A program made the position numbers and the translations under genes. A DNA stretch of 64,000 nt from Phyllosticta citribraziliensis (Eukaryota), in assembly GCF_038025025.1 (NCBI RefSeq), contig NW_027117343.1:2046001-2110000 (forward strand), in the 5' to 3' direction. The notes below the pieces were generated by a model. It saw only the letters and a program-made list of their open reading frames with translations. It was not told the DNA's origin and ran no database searches. Positions 63,291 to 64,000 of this stretch are shown here, in pieces; position 1 is the first letter of the stretch; each line of letters opens with the position of its first letter.

Positions 63291-64000
63291 ATGGCTTTGA
63301 CCCGTCTCGCGGCATTGCTCTGCCTCCTGCATACTGGACATGCTCTCCGCGTCTCGCGTCTCTCTGCAGACATCCGGGAACAGGTCTGCGTTGGCCCCAA
63401 CTGTTTCCTTGCCAGGCCGACTGACTCCATCCAGACAAAGTCCTCTAGCACCAAGACCAACCATCTCGATGTAGACCCGACCACCCTGTACCCTGCCTAC
63501 AACATCTCGGTGCCGATAGACCACTTCCACAATGACTCAATATACGAGCCGCACAGCAATGAGACATTCAGCCTGCGCTACTGGTTTGACGCCTCACATT
63601 ACGAAACTGGTGGACCTGTCATTGTGCTCGAGAGCGGAGAGACAAGTGGAGAGGGTCGCCTGCCGTTCCTTCAAAAGGGTATTCTTTACCAATTGGCCAA
63701 GGCCACTCATGGAATAGGCGTTGTTTTGGAGCATCGCTACTACGGAGAGAGCTGGCCGGTCCCGGACCTTAGCACCGAAAACCTTCGCTTCCTGACCACC
63801 GACCAAGCTCTGGCCGACACCGTTTACTTCGCCAAGAATGTTCGGTTTCCCGGTCTTGACAATCTCACCTTGACCGCTCCTGACACGCCTTACATTGCAT
63901 ACGGTGGCTCATACGCCGGCGCCTTTGTCGCCTTTCTCCGCAAACTCTACCCTGAGATTTTCTTTGGCGCTATCTCATCCTCGGGGGTGACGGAGGCTAT
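63291..64000 (+). CDS. Secreted serine carboxypeptidase of family S28; 3' end runs off the window
   Basis: Signal peptide MALTRLAALLCLLHTGHA. Motifs VPIDHF, RYWFDASHY, LEHRYYGES, LRFLTTDQALAD and nucleophile YGGSYAG. Confidence 0.95.
   Translation, partial: MALTRLAALLCLLHTGHALRVSRLSADIREQVCVGPNCFLARPTDSIQTKSSSTKTNHLDVDPTTLYPAYNISVPIDHFHNDSIYEPHSNETFSLRYWFDASHYETGGPVIVLESGETSGEGRLPFLQKGILYQLAKATHGIGVVLEHRYYGESWPVPDLSTENLRFLTTDQALADTVYFAKNVRFPGLDNLTLTAPDTPYIAYGGSYAGAFVAFLRKLYPEIFFGAISSSGVTEA

Noticed and set aside
57155..64000. Secondary-metabolite cluster around the 4CL-like ligase
   Set aside because: No PKS, NRPS, terpene synthase, transporter or cluster regulator is present in the window.

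Overview
This window is gene-dense, GC-rich DNA from a filamentous ascomycete with spliceosomal introns and many microsatellites. A Dothideomycete origin (e.g. Phyllosticta-like) is plausible but is only an inference. I can support about 20 protein-coding genes: ARG5,6/arg-6 (partial), the v-SNARE SNC1, a GH76 DCW1/DFG5-type mannanase, an SHB17-like histidine phosphatase, a secreted protein with low-complexity inserts, a large conserved hypothetical protein, epsin ENT3, a dual-start cyclophilin, a Cys/Met PLP enzyme, a patatin with C2H2-like fingers, two spliced orphan genes, ZNF207/BuGZ, tricalbin, a cNMP-cNMP-F-box-LRR protein, a small MJ1316-domain protein, an Arg-rich glycine-zipper protein, a small DUF7053-like protein, a peroxisomal 4CL-like ligase and an S28 peptidase (partial). 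I saw no tRNA, rRNA, CRISPR array or intact transposon. I found no clear novel multi-gene system. The best leads are a stand-alone PAP-RBD-like/MJ1316 RNA-end gene, two long first introns closed by inverted repeats, the cyclic-nucleotide F-box protein, the patatin-zinc-finger fusion and an orphan with three HxRxxS repeats. Family calls come from motif recognition by eye, not database searches, and exon structures are manual predictions.
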